64,000 nucleotides of DNA. Source: Candidatus Bathyarchaeota archaeon (GTDB taxonomy: Archaea; Thermoproteota; Bathyarchaeia; Bathyarchaeales; Bathycorpusculaceae). The position numbers were made by a program, and so were the translations under genes. The notes under the pieces are model-generated. The model had not been told where the DNA came from. It saw nothing but the letters and a program-made list of their open reading frames with translations, and did not search any database. Of this stretch, positions 48,998 to 59,278 are shown piece after piece (the stretch's first letter is position 1; the number at the start of each line of letters is the position of its first letter). The DNA is taken from the NCBI GenBank assembly GCA_963715865.1, contig OY970280.1:1824001-1888000 (forward strand), given 5' to 3'.

Positions 48998-50229
48998 TTT
49001 GCTTTCGCCTCCACAGCTATTTCACGTCTTGGTAACGCTGAAATTTTCTTATAGAAAGCATCCAGTTTCTGATTGAAGTCGCCAGCAACTCTGGGTGACT
49101 CCTCATAAAGTTCGAATCGGTCAAGCAGATTCTTCTTTTTCAACACATTCAATAACACGCCCAAGTTGCGTTCTGCAGTGTCTTTGCCTTCTTGAAGCTT
49201 GCAATCTTGTGCTGAGCAGACCACTGCCATTACACCGTCGAAACCGCAGTTTAACGCGTTGACGACGTGAACTGGATCTAAGGATTTGAAGCATGGAACT
49301 TCAAGGGCTAACACGTTTTTGCCTGCAAACGCGCTGTTAGGGTTGTCTAAGGCTGAGAATTCTGACCATTGGCAAACGAACGCAAGAACTGCTGGACCGT
49401 GGTTTTTAGCTTTCAGTTGTGCAATTGAATTCCCATAACGGTTTACTACGTTTTCAAACTCGAAGCCTTTCACTTGAATAGCGTGATGTGGACAAACCAG
49501 TTGGCATGCGCCACAGCCGACGCATTTCTCTTCGTTTACTTTTGGAGTGGCAAACGATTCAAACTCAAGTGCTTTATATGGGCAGATGAATATGCATTTG
49601 TCACAGCCCACGCATTCTTGAACATCATAAACCGCTTTGCGGGAGAACTTTACTATTCTAACTGCGTTTTCATCGAAACCTAATTGTTTGAGGACATTTC
49701 TGGCTAAAACGAGTCTTCGAGTGTTTATTTTTGTGCCTTCTTTATAGCGGCAGAATGGATCTTCACATTGAATAGAAACAATGTTTTTTACGCCTGAATT
49801 CAGCGTATCAAAAATAAAGTCGGTTGGCACTCTGCCTGAACATGGCAAACGCAACGCAATGTACTTGCCAACCTTTAACCCTTGCTCCTTAAGGATATCT
49901 TGGACTTCGCCTGTGGAGGGCGAGTTTCCTCGGCACATTAAAACAAGCGTGTCAGCGCCACTTTTGGCTTTTGCACGTGCCTGTTTAACGTAGTTTGATA
50001 GATTATCGTAAGTGTAATATTGCGTTTTAATGGCTGAAACTGGGCAAGCACTGTAGCATATACCGCAGACTTGGCAGTCTTGAGTGTTAACTTCCACTTT
50101 TCCGGTTGAGTCGCGTTTTATGGCTTCATAAGGGCAGATTGATTGGCAAACATAACATCGGCTACATAAATCTTGATCGATTTCCACTACAGCGAGACAT
50201 TTTTCACTCATTCTGAAACCTCTTTTCAT
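48985..50229 (-). CDS. Fe-S protein with two 2[4Fe-4S] ferredoxin and two MvhD-like domains
   Basis: CSRCYVCQSICP, CQVCGICYSACP, CVGCDKCIFICP, CVGCGACQLVCP; LPCSGRV..CEDPFC..EG and VPCFKSLD..CSAQDC..EG. Confidence 0.85.
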   Translation of the reverse strand: MKRGFRMSEKCLAVVEIDQDLCSRCYVCQSICPYEAIKRDSTGKVEVNTQDCQVCGICYSACPVSAIKTQYYTYDNLSNYVKQARAKAKSGADTLVLMCRGNSPSTGEVQDILKEQGLKVGKYIALRLPCSGRVPTDFIFDTLNSGVKNIVSIQCEDPFCRYKEGTKINTRRLVLARNVLKQLGFDENAVRIVKFSRKAVYDVQECVGCDKCIFICPYKALEFESFATPKVNEEKCVGCGACQLVCPHHAIQVKGFEFENVVNRYGNSIAQLKAKNHGPAVLAFVCQWSEFSALDNPNSAFAGKNVLALEVPCFKSLDPVHVVNALNCGFDGVMAVVCSAQDCKLQEGKDTAERNLGVLLNVLKKKNLLDRFELYEESPRVAGDFNQKLDAFYKKISALPRREIAVEAKAKRTK

Positions 50230-50418
50230 ACACCGCTGCTACTTTAAACTGTAAGCATGTTAAGATGCTGGCTTAAAGCTTTTGAAAGCATGAAAAGGGT
50301 TTTAGAATGATATAATCCTTTCTCTAAAGTTTCTGCAATATCTATATATTTTAGTTGGCATCATTTGCGCTTCCTCAGAACCTTTTGACCTTCAAAGAAC
50401 GTAGAATCTAAAGATAGG

Positions 50419-50479
50419 AAAAAGAGGGTTTTGCGGGTGATATCTCCACTTGGGGCTGGGTTCAAATCCCCCCTACACC
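50419..50479 (+). repeat. Orphan att-like scar ending in a tRNA-Leu-like 3' end
   Basis: Similar to the reverse complement of 17114-17179; ends GGGTTCAAATCCCCCTACACCA. Confidence 0.65.
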
Positions 50480-50566
50480 ATTATCGCCTTAATGGAGTTG
50501 TTTTTAGTTTTAGTCGGGAATTGGTAGTTCAACTAAGCTTTCAAAGCGGAAAAAGAAAAACGAGAT

Positions 50567-50845
50567 TCACTCGGATTTCTTGAATTGCTCACAGATTGAG
50601 CGAGAGGGATCAGTTTGCCAGAGCAATTGTATTCTCGTTTTACAACGTTTACATTGTATCAGAGCACCTTCAAGTTTTTCATAGCCAAACTCAGAGTAGC
50701 TTTTCGGGTTGTCCGGTGAAATAAGATTCCCACATTTGGGGCAGTCAAATGAGTTGGCGTCTCTTGAAACAGGAGAAGCTTTGATCTTGCCTTCCCTTCT
50801 TAGCTCGTCTATTACTACCACGAAATCCGCTATGGGTTGTTTCAT
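50567..50845 (-). CDS. Small zinc-finger protein
   Basis: CPKC...CKRC. Confidence 0.65.
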   Translation of the reverse strand: MKQPIADFVVVIDELRREGKIKASPVSRDANSFDCPKCGNLISPDNPKSYSEFGYEKLEGALIQCKRCKTRIQLLWQTDPSRSICEQFKKSE

Positions 50846-50989
50846 AACTCACGCCTCGATGGTAACACAACAAAGAAGTTATTTTGGTTTCTCAAAAATA
50901 TTTCTGGAAAAAGTGCCAGAATAAATTGAAATAGAAAGGGGTTATGCACGGGTGAAATCGCCACCGCAACTAGATATAATCCTTTCTTT

Positions 50990-51931
50990 CTATTTCCTAT
51001 AATAAGGTCGTCGGATGTAGCTGTAGGCTTCGAGGGCTGCGGTGATGCCTTGCCCCACAGCTGTCCCAACTTGCTTGACTGGATGGTTTGTTACGTCTCC
51101 AGCGGCGAAAACTCCCAGCAGATTTGTCTGTTGGCGAATGTCAATTTTAATGTATCCATGTTCATCTATTTCTATTCCAGAGGCTTTTGCGATTTGGCTG
51201 TTGGGTGCTTCGCCGACTTGGACAAAAACTGCATCCACGGGTAGTTCAGTTATTTGTTGAGTCAAGTTGTTTTTCAGTATGACTGCTTTTACTTGTCTGT
51301 CGCCTTTTATTTCTTGAATCTCAGTGTTCCATAGAATGTTCACGTTACCTTTTGATGCAATGTCTGTGACTAAAGATTCTTCAGCTCTGAATGCTTGCCT
51401 TCTATGAGTTACGGTAACTTGTGAAGCGATGCCTGAAAGATAAAGGGTAGTTATGCAAGCGGAGTTTCCACCGCCAACAATAAGCACTTTTTTGCCCTTG
51501 AAAAATGGGCCATCGCAAACGCCACAGTAACTTACGCCTTTACCTCGGAATTCTTTTTCCCCTTTTACGCCGATTTCCTTGTAATGTGAACCAGCGGAAA
51601 ATATTATTGCTTTAGCTTCATAGGTTGCTTTTGAAGTTTTAACAATTTTCTTTTCACCCGTAAGCTCTAATTCAGTTACAGGTTCCAAGTCGTGAATGGC
51701 TGCGCCAAGTTTTCTGCAGTGCGAAGTCATTTTTTCCGCAAGTTCTCCACCGCTAATCTCTGCAAATCCTGGATAATTCACTACTGTTGGAGCATCAGAG
51801 ATTGTTCCTCCAGCAAACTTCTCATCTAAAATTAGAGTTTTTAGTCCGCTTCGAACGGCGTAAATTCCAGCTGCCAAACCAGCGGAACCAGCACCGATTA
51901 TTATGATATCCCAGTTCTCCATAATGTGCAT
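50990..51931 (-). CDS. trxB: Thioredoxin reductase
   Basis: GAGSAG, CGVCDG, GGGNSA, HRR, AAGD. Confidence 0.95.
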   Translation of the reverse strand: MHIMENWDIIIIGAGSAGLAAGIYAVRSGLKTLILDEKFAGGTISDAPTVVNYPGFAEISGGELAEKMTSHCRKLGAAIHDLEPVTELELTGEKKIVKTSKATYEAKAIIFSAGSHYKEIGVKGEKEFRGKGVSYCGVCDGPFFKGKKVLIVGGGNSACITTLYLSGIASQVTVTHRRQAFRAEESLVTDIASKGNVNILWNTEIQEIKGDRQVKAVILKNNLTQQITELPVDAVFVQVGEAPNSQIAKASGIEIDEHGYIKIDIRQQTNLLGVFAAGDVTNHPVKQVGTAVGQGITAALEAYSYIRRPYYRK

Positions 51932-52046
51932 CTCTTTTAAGTGAATAGTGGATTAGGGCGGTTTATGAATTGTTCGTTTTTTAGCTAGTCTTTTGGGTGA
52001 ACAGCAGATTTCCAAGTGAATTTGGTTTTGGAACTATCATAAAGAT

Positions 52047-52640
52047 TTAAGGCACAGGTAAACCGTAGACTTTCAGTAGTTCATTGACGAAGTTTGTGCT
52101 CTTTTCGTTAATATCTTCGCCCGTGACAATTTTCATTGCCGCTTTAATCGTTACAGCGCTGCCGTTTGGGAGCGGTGCAACCTCTTTTGCAATTACTTGG
52201 GTTGTGTTACCGTCAGGTTGAATGCTTCCGATGCCGAAGGCGCCGACCGTCGTGTTTTGTGGAGGATTAAAGGTTTTTAGGTAGTTCTGCACGGAGCTGG
52301 CAATTTTTCCCATGTAGCATGGACCACCGGTAACAATTACATTATATGCGGAATAGTTAGCGGCAGCTTGACTTCTTATGCCTGCCAAGCATACTTGGTA
52401 CCCATTATCCTGTAAGCTGCTAGCAACAGCGGTTGCAACGTTTTTTGCATTACCGCTCATGCCTGGGTCAAACACGACGAGTGCGTTTCCAACCATTGTA
52501 CCTTTAGCTGGCAATGTTTGAGAACTGTTGGCGTCGGAAGAGTAGCTTCCTACATCCAATGCTGCTAAAGCAAAAACTATCACGAGTGCAATTATCAGTA
52601 TGGCGATTATTGCTCCAGCGATTTTAAAGATTTTTCTCAT
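52047..52640 (-). CDS. Membrane-anchored flavodoxin-like protein
   Basis: N-terminal TM; ALVVFDPGMSGNA, VTGGPCYMG. Confidence 0.75.
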   Translation of the reverse strand: MRKIFKIAGAIIAILIIALVIVFALAALDVGSYSSDANSSQTLPAKGTMVGNALVVFDPGMSGNAKNVATAVASSLQDNGYQVCLAGIRSQAAANYSAYNVIVTGGPCYMGKIASSVQNYLKTFNPPQNTTVGAFGIGSIQPDGNTTQVIAKEVAPLPNGSAVTIKAAMKIVTGEDINEKSTNFVNELLKVYGLPVP

Positions 52641-52776
52641 TTTTCTGACTCCCTATTTATTGAGCATTTGGTTCTTTTGTTGAATTTAAGATTTTGTTTT
52701 AGTTTTGTCTTGACTTGTTTTTATTTTCCAATAAACAGATAAGGCTGAAATCGTTTTAGTTAATACTAGCAGTTTT

Positions 52777-54597
52777 TTGAAGGTGCAGATTTTGGCAAGG
52801 TACAGGTGCACAGTTTGCAATTACGTTTATGATGAAGCAAAAGAAGGAAAGAAGTTTAGTGATTTGCCTAAAGAATGGGTTTGTCCAGTTTGTGGAGCGC
52901 CTAAAACAGCTTTTGTGCTGTTAACTGAACAAGCCGAAGAGAAAAAGGCAGAGCATACAGTTTCAGAAGTTCTAATAAACCAGATCGCTGAGTGGGGTGT
53001 CCAATACGTTTTCGGTATTCCCGGAACCTCAACCTTAGGCGTTGTGGATGCCATACGAAAAACCAATGGCAAAGTCAAGTACTTGCAGGTTCGACATGAG
53101 CAGACAGCAGCGTTTATGGCTTCAGCTTATGGGAAATTGACTGGACACGTTGCTGCTTGTTTAGGTGTTTCTGGTCCAGGAGCAACGAACTTGGCCACTG
53201 GCTTGTATGATGCGAAGTTAGATCATTCGCCAGTTTTGGCTTTAACTGGGTTGGTGGCTAGGCAACTGATTGGTCCAGGTTCAACACAGGAGATTGATCA
53301 GTACTCTTTTTTTGAGCCAATTTGCGTTTTTAACAAGATTTTGATGTCTGAGGACCAGACTACTATGCTGGCTACGTTGGCAATTAAGCATGCACTTTTG
53401 GACCAAGGCGTTTCGCATATTGGGATTCCTAATGACGTGCAGAAGTTGCCTTATGAAGCGGAGATTTTGCCGTTTGAGGGCAGAATGCCTAATCTTGCGT
53501 ATGGACAGGAAGAATGGGTGGTCGAGAAGGCAGCGAAGGTTGTTGACCAAGCGGTTAGACCTGTGATTCTTGCGGGTTTCGGAGCGAGAGGGCAAGGCAA
53601 TAAGCTGTTAAAGTTGGCATCGAAAATTTCTGCGCCGATTATTGCAACTTTCAGAGCTAAAGGCGTTGTTGATGAGCATGAATCGTTGTACGTGGGTTGT
53701 CATGGTGGTATTGGTTCAACTGCCTCGGCGGAGCTTATGCAAAAAGCGGATTTGCTTATAGCTATTGGTTCTTCGTTTTCTGATCTATCGCAGATTCCAC
53801 AGAAGAAGACTGTGCAGATTGATATTAATCCGCTTATGATTGCGCGAAGATACCCTGTTGAGGTAGGATTGGTTGGCAACAGTGCAGTGCTAATCCCAAA
53901 GTTGACAGAGAAAATTCAGGAGAAACAGAACGCGGATTATTTGGCTGAGATTGCAAGGTTAAAGCAGGAATGGCTAAACCAACTGGAAAAAGAAGCCGAC
54001 GCAAATATGAAGCCGATTAGACCTCAGTACATAATCAAAGTTTTGAACGATAAAATTGCTGATGACGCAGTGATTTCTTTGGATGTGGGTGAAAACTGCT
54101 GGTGGTTCGGCAGGAACTTTATGATGCGCAAGTCACAGAAGATGGTGATGAGCGGCACTTTGGCTACAATGGGGTTTGGTTTGCCAGGCGCCATGGCTGC
54201 AGCACTTGCTTATCCCAATAGGCAGATTGTTTGTTTGACTGGTGATGGCGGCTTAACAATGGTTATGAGCGACTTTTTAACAGCTTTGAAGTACAAGTTG
54301 CCGGTTAAAGTTTTTGTCATGAACAATAAGCGTTTGGGAATGATTATGCAGGAGCAGAAGGTTGAGGGTTACGAAGACTGGCAAACCGACCTGTACGACT
54401 TTAGTTTTGCTGATTTTGCTGAGCATTCTGGTGGCTTAGGTATTAAGGTTACTGAGCCAAGCGAGCTTGAAGTAGCCGTTGATAAAGCGCTTTCAACTAC
54501 TAAGCCAACGATTGTTGATATCGATACTGACCCAAGAAGATTTTTCTATACCTACGACCACTCTATTAGTTCACAGGGTAAGTTGAAAAATGGATAA
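52777..54597 (+). CDS. Rubredoxin fused to a ThDP-dependent pyruvate oxidase/acetolactate synthase-like enzyme
   Basis: CTVC..CPVC rubredoxin; [20 protein letters not shown]...NN. Confidence 0.9.
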   Translation: MKVQILARYRCTVCNYVYDEAKEGKKFSDLPKEWVCPVCGAPKTAFVLLTEQAEEKKAEHTVSEVLINQIAEWGVQYVFGIPGTSTLGVVDAIRKTNGKVKYLQVRHEQTAAFMASAYGKLTGHVAACLGVSGPGATNLATGLYDAKLDHSPVLALTGLVARQLIGPGSTQEIDQYSFFEPICVFNKILMSEDQTTMLATLAIKHALLDQGVSHIGIPNDVQKLPYEAEILPFEGRMPNLAYGQEEWVVEKAAKVVDQAVRPVILAGFGARGQGNKLLKLASKISAPIIATFRAKGVVDEHESLYVGCHGGIGSTASAELMQKADLLIAIGSSFSDLSQIPQKKTVQIDINPLMIARRYPVEVGLVGNSAVLIPKLTEKIQEKQNADYLAEIARLKQEWLNQLEKEADANMKPIRPQYIIKVLNDKIADDAVISLDVGENCWWFGRNFMMRKSQKMVMSGTLATMGFGLPGAMAAALAYPNRQIVCLTGDGGLTMVMSDFLTALKYKLPVKVFVMNNKRLGMIMQEQKVEGYEDWQTDLYDFSFADFAEHSGGLGIKVTEPSELEVAVDKALSTTKPTIVDIDTDPRRFFYTYDHSISSQGKLKNG

Positions 54598-54787
54598 AAA
54601 ACTTAAAGACCGTTGGGTTGGAGGTCTTGGAGGTGGAGGGGGCGCACTGTTGTTATATAGTGTTATTATTTACGTTGTCTCGCCAGGTGCAAGAAGCTTT
54701 TGGTCATTCACTTTATCATTAGGACTCGTAGGAGCTATCCTATTATCACTTGGGATTTATGCTCATACAATAAAAGTCGACAAATAA
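54590..54787 (+). CDS. Small membrane protein
   Basis: Two hydrophobic helices, overlaps the upstream stop. Confidence 0.5.
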   Translation: MDKKLKDRWVGGLGGGGGALLLYSVIIYVVSPGARSFWSFTLSLGLVGAILLSLGIYAHTIKVDK

Positions 54788-54826
54788 AACAAACTATTTG
54801 TTGGCAATAGAATTGGGCGATTTTGT

Positions 54827-54927
54827 TGGTAGCGGGGACTAGATTTGAACTAGTGATCTCTGGGTGTCTCCGAGCGACGAGCGCTCTTATGAGCCCAGCG
54901 GGTTAATCCTGGCTACCCCACCCCGCT
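54827..54927 (-). tRNA. Initiator tRNA-Met(CAT) with 22-nt intron (54866-54887) at canonical 37/38
   Basis: A1-U72 acceptor AGCGGGG/CCCCGCT, GGG/CCC anticodon stem, CTCATA-intron-ACCCAG, CCA encoded. Confidence 0.93.
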
Positions 54928-55050
54928 ACATCTTTTCCTCTATAATTCTTTGATGTAAGGTATTACTTTATTTGTCAAATATTAATAGTTTCTTTTTCAT
55001 TTCGGCAAAAGCATTTTAGAGGCGACTAATATTTCTATGGCAAGGATAGT

Positions 55051-55725
55051 TTGCTGATGGATAAGCCGTATTTGCGTAAACTTTCAACTCCGACTCTTGA
55101 AAATCCTGTTTTTGTTCAAGGTCTTCCTGGCTTTGGGAATGTTGGCAGAATTGCGGCTCATCTTCTCATAAAATTCTGTGATGCCAAACCTTTTGCAGAG
55201 TTGTATTCTCCTTCTTTTCCAGATTACGTTTCCATAAATGCTAAGGGTATATGTCACTTGCCCAGATACGAGTTTTATTATGCTCCCATGGAGAAAAACA
55301 ACCTTGTCATAATGACGGGTGAAATTCAGCCTTCATTTGAGGATGTAGTTGCTCATTATCAGGTTTGTGAAGAAGTGATTGATTTTGTTGAAACGTTAGG
55401 TTGCCATTTCGTTATAACCATGGGCGGCGTACCAATAACTGAGGACAAAGCTCAGGTTTACATTGCCGCTACATCTCCGGAGTTGGCGACTGAGTTTATG
55501 GAAAAAGGCGCAGTTATTTACAGCAAAGGCAGAATCGTCGGTGGAACAGGGCTTACCCTGGCGTTGGCGAAGGAAAGAAAAATGGAAGGGGTTAGTTTGC
55601 TGGGAACCACCACGGGGTTCAGAGCAGACCGCGAAGCTGGATTTCTTGTTTTTAAGTTTTTAATGAAGACTTTAGGAAAAGAGATAAAAGAAGGTTTAGG
55701 AGAAAACAATGCACCAGAAGAGTAG
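55051..55725 (+). CDS. PAC2-family proteasome assembly chaperone-like protein
   Basis: GLPGFGNVG, TMGG, GRIVGGTG. Confidence 0.88.
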   Translation: MLMDKPYLRKLSTPTLENPVFVQGLPGFGNVGRIAAHLLIKFCDAKPFAELYSPSFPDYVSINAKGICHLPRYEFYYAPMEKNNLVIMTGEIQPSFEDVVAHYQVCEEVIDFVETLGCHFVITMGGVPITEDKAQVYIAATSPELATEFMEKGAVIYSKGRIVGGTGLTLALAKERKMEGVSLLGTTTGFRADREAGFLVFKFLMKTLGKEIKEGLGENNAPEE

Positions 55726-55731
55726 TTAGGT

Positions 55732-55974
55732 GTGGTCGCAATGACTGAAAATGAAGAAAACATGAATGTTGGCGGTATATATTCCAAATTCGGGAGAATT
55801 TCACTGGTAGTTATATCAGTACTTTTAATCTTTGCAGGTCCAACTTACGTTCCATACGCAATGACGGAGCTTAAAATAAATTACTTTGCCGCAATAGGCG
55901 CTGGTCTTGTCCTGTTTATAATAGGCATATTATTCTTGTTATTCCTTGTCAGAAAGAAGATAATAACAGCGTAA
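55732..55974 (+). CDS. Small membrane protein
   Basis: Two TM helices, FAGPTY. Confidence 0.65.
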   Translation: MVAMTENEENMNVGGIYSKFGRISLVVISVLLIFAGPTYVPYAMTELKINYFAAIGAGLVLFIIGILFLLFLVRKKIITA

Positions 55975-56156
55975 GTTTTGCCTCAGATACCCCAGGGTGC
56001 ATCATCAATCAGCATTTTGGATTCTTCATCGGCAAAGCTTCTAGAGATATAACCTGTTTTATTAAGTATTCTTTGAACTTTTGAAAAGAAACCTGACTGT
56101 AAATATATTTGCTGAATACATAAGGCATATTAAATATTAACGTAGCAATAGCTTCT

Positions 56157-56744
56157 ATGCAAGATGCCAACCGAAGAAGACCTGATTTGCCAAAAGAAAA
56201 AAATGAAGAAGCAAAAAGAACAACAATTATTCTTGAAAAAAGCGAACGAGAATTCATTGAATCATTAATCAAAGAAGGGAAGGAGCCTGGAATCAAACCA
56301 CTCATCTCCAAAATGCTTGACATTTACAGAAGTATGATGATTTATGATTGGCGTTTTCCCGGTGAATACTACTGTGGAATAAGTCGTATAGCTCTTGTTA
56401 ACGTTGAATTATTTAACATACTAACTCAACAGATTCCTAAAGAAAAGTGGTGCGAGGTTGGTGAAAAAATGGGTGATGCCCTAAAAGTTTCACTCCAATC
56501 AACACTAGGCATCGAAGCAAGTGAACAGGAAAATTGGGAAAAAGTATTCAAACAGTTGAAAGTGCAAGGATTCGGAGATTTCTATTTGAAAGACAAATTT
56601 TTGCTTCTTAAAACGCCGTTTATTAATGATTGCGAAATTTGGAAAGGCATAATGGAAGGATTGTTAAGCGTAGAGTTAGAAACCAGAAATTCTGCGCCGC
56701 CGTTAGTTTTTGAAATTAAAAAACGGAAGCCAGCTTTAGTTTAG
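56157..56744 (+). CDS. Hypothetical protein, possible RHH plus V4R-like regulator
   Basis: RTTIILEKSEREFIESL N-terminus; LKVQGFGDF, GIMEGLL C-terminus. Confidence 0.7.
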   Translation: MQDANRRRPDLPKEKNEEAKRTTIILEKSEREFIESLIKEGKEPGIKPLISKMLDIYRSMMIYDWRFPGEYYCGISRIALVNVELFNILTQQIPKEKWCEVGEKMGDALKVSLQSTLGIEASEQENWEKVFKQLKVQGFGDFYLKDKFLLLKTPFINDCEIWKGIMEGLLSVELETRNSAPPLVFEIKKRKPALV

Positions 56745-56996
56745 TCCTTTTTTTAGCATTTCGACAGTTAAATATTAGGAAACATGTTTATTAGGAAGAC
56801 AGGCAATCAGGTGTCTTCCAGTGGTAAATGATGAGGGATTGCGTTCATACAAGGCGATTGCGTTCATTAAAAGCAATCCAAAATGTACAAGCCTAAAAAC
56901 AAAAACCTATTTGAAATTAGGCAATTCCCTCAAGAAAACCATTTTATCAAAACAAAAAACCTCTAGTTTTTTCTCTAAAAATTTAGGTGAAAAATT

Positions 56997-57998
56997 ATGG
57001 ACAAAGTAAAATTTGCTATACCAGCAGGCTCCCTATCAAAAGCAACCTTTGAAATATTCGAGCGTTCAGGCTACAAAGTCTCAGGTCAAGAACGCACCTA
57101 CCGACCAACCATAAACGACCCAAAAATTGAATTAAAAATCCTCAGACCCCAAGAAATCCCGTTCTTTGTCAGCGAAGGCTTACAGGACGTGGGTATTACC
57201 GGGCAAGATTGGATTCGCGAAACCCGAGCAGACGTAGAAGTACTGCAGAACCTTGAATACGGAAAAATCCGCTTAGTCGTGGCTGTACCAGAAAGCATGA
57301 GTGAAATCGGCGCCATGTCTGACATCATAGAGGACATTTGGAGCAGAGGCAAAAACTTCCGCGTATCAACCGAGTACCTAAACATTGCTTCTGAGTACAT
57401 AAAAAGCAATCCAGCATACAAGAAACGCTTCGGAGACGCAGACCCTATAATCGTGACGCCTTGGTGGAGAAAAGGCGACAACCCCAGAGCAAAAATCTTC
57501 CTTTCGTTTGGTGCAACGGAAGCTAAACCCCCAGAAAACTCTGACTGCATAATTGACGTTACAGAAACAGGCACAACCCTTGAAGCAAACAACCTCAAGA
57601 TTATTGAGACAGTCATGCAGTCTTCAGCAGTGCTAATCGCAAACAAGAAAACGTTAGAAGACCCAGAGAAGAAAGAAAAAATCTACGACATAGTCAGCCT
57701 ACTTAAAGGCGTCGTGGACGGATCCAAGAGAATCCACATTTTCGTTAACGTACGAAAAACTAACTTGCAGAAACTGCTCACAAGTCTGCCTGCATTAAAG
57801 AACCCTACGATAGCGCCACTAGCTGATGAGGAATGGTGCTCGGTTAATACTGTCATCGAGAAAGACTGCTTAATCGAGCTCTTGCCAAAAATCCGTAAAC
57901 TCGCTCAAGGACTAGTGGTGTACGAGCCGCGGCAGGTGCTGGCTTTAGATGAGATTAGTAAGAGAGAGGAGAAACCGTGCAAAAGCAAGCCCAAGTGA
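56997..57998 (+). CDS. hisG: ATP phosphoribosyltransferase, long form
   Basis: RPQEIP, DVGITGQD, SFGATE, DVTETGTTL. Confidence 0.95.
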   Translation: MDKVKFAIPAGSLSKATFEIFERSGYKVSGQERTYRPTINDPKIELKILRPQEIPFFVSEGLQDVGITGQDWIRETRADVEVLQNLEYGKIRLVVAVPESMSEIGAMSDIIEDIWSRGKNFRVSTEYLNIASEYIKSNPAYKKRFGDADPIIVTPWWRKGDNPRAKIFLSFGATEAKPPENSDCIIDVTETGTTLEANNLKIIETVMQSSAVLIANKKTLEDPEKKEKIYDIVSLLKGVVDGSKRIHIFVNVRKTNLQKLLTSLPALKNPTIAPLADEEWCSVNTVIEKDCLIELLPKIRKLAQGLVVYEPRQVLALDEISKREEKPCKSKPK

Positions 57999-59278
57999 AA
58001 ATCTGGAAAGCAGAAGCGCTACCGCAAGATTGGTTTAAACGGCAAAAAGCAGACCGGAAAGCAGCTCAGCAGGTCGAAAGCGACGTTAAAGCCATAATAA
58101 GCCAAGTAAAAGAAAACGGCGACAAAGCACTAATAGAACTCACCAAAAAATTTGACAAAGCCAAGTTAACCACAAAAACCTTCAAAGTCAAAGCAGAAGA
58201 AATCAAAGAAGCATACAAAAAAACAAGCCAAAAACAAGTTGCCGCGCTCAAATTCATGCAAGAAAAAGTAAGCGCCTTCCAGAAACAACAGCTCAACCAA
58301 ACTGAAACTAAAACTACTAACGATGGCATAACTGTTCAAACTGTTCTGCGCCCAATCGAAAGCGTCGGCTGTTACGTTCCAGGGGGACAGGCCGCTTACC
58401 CAAGCACTCTCGTCATGACTGCAGTGCCCGCCAAAGTTGCAGGCGTCCCAAGAATAGTCGTGTGTTCGCCGCCAGAGGCTGAGGGCAAAGTTAACCCCCT
58501 GGTTCTTGTTGCCGCTGACATCTGTGGAGTAGACGAGGTTTACAAGGTTGGAGGAGCCCAAGCCATTGCCGCGTTAGCTTACGGAACCGAAACCATAAAG
58601 CCCGTGCGAAAAATTGTGGGTCCAGGAAGCAAATACGTGACTGCGGCGAAAGCTCTTGTTTCGAAGGATGTGGCAATCGACATGCCAGCTGGCCCAAGCG
58701 AAGTCCTCGTGCTAGCAGATGAAACAGCTGATGCGCGGCTTATTGCTTACGACATGATTTCTCAAGCTGAGCATGGAGGAGACAGCGTTGCAGGACTCAT
58801 AACCACCTCAGAAAGGCTAGCAAAAGAGGTTCAGGAAAATCTTTCAAAGCTTGCCTCTTCCGCTGAAAGAGGCGATAAAGTCTCAGAGGCACTAGTGAAA
58901 TACGGGTTCATAATAACCTGCAACAGCAATGATGAAGCTGTTACGTTAGCAAATCAGTTTGCCCCTGAGCACTTAGAAGCCTTGACTGCCGATGCTAAAA
59001 AATTGGCTGAAAAACTCATAGCTGGCCTTATACTCATAGGTCCGTACAGTCCCGTTGCCTTAAGCGATTACGGTAGCGGAACGAATCACGTGTTGCCTAC
59101 AGGCGGCTTCGCACAAGCTTTCTCTGGTCTATCTGCGTTGGACTTTACAAGGCGAGTAAGCATTGTTGAAAGTTCAAAAGCAGGCTTAGAAAGGGTAAAA
59201 GACAGCATCAAGATTATGGCGGAAGCGGAAAACCTTCCAAATCACTATAAAGCGATACAGGCAAGGTTTGAAAAATGA
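57977..59278 (+). CDS. hisD: Histidinol dehydrogenase
   Basis: [38 protein letters not shown]. Confidence 0.97.
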   Translation: MQKQAQVKIWKAEALPQDWFKRQKADRKAAQQVESDVKAIISQVKENGDKALIELTKKFDKAKLTTKTFKVKAEEIKEAYKKTSQKQVAALKFMQEKVSAFQKQQLNQTETKTTNDGITVQTVLRPIESVGCYVPGGQAAYPSTLVMTAVPAKVAGVPRIVVCSPPEAEGKVNPLVLVAADICGVDEVYKVGGAQAIAALAYGTETIKPVRKIVGPGSKYVTAAKALVSKDVAIDMPAGPSEVLVLADETADARLIAYDMISQAEHGGDSVAGLITTSERLAKEVQENLSKLASSAERGDKVSEALVKYGFIITCNSNDEAVTLANQFAPEHLEALTADAKKLAEKLIAGLILIGPYSPVALSDYGSGTNHVLPTGGFAQAFSGLSALDFTRRVSIVESSKAGLERVKDSIKIMAEAENLPNHYKAIQARFEK

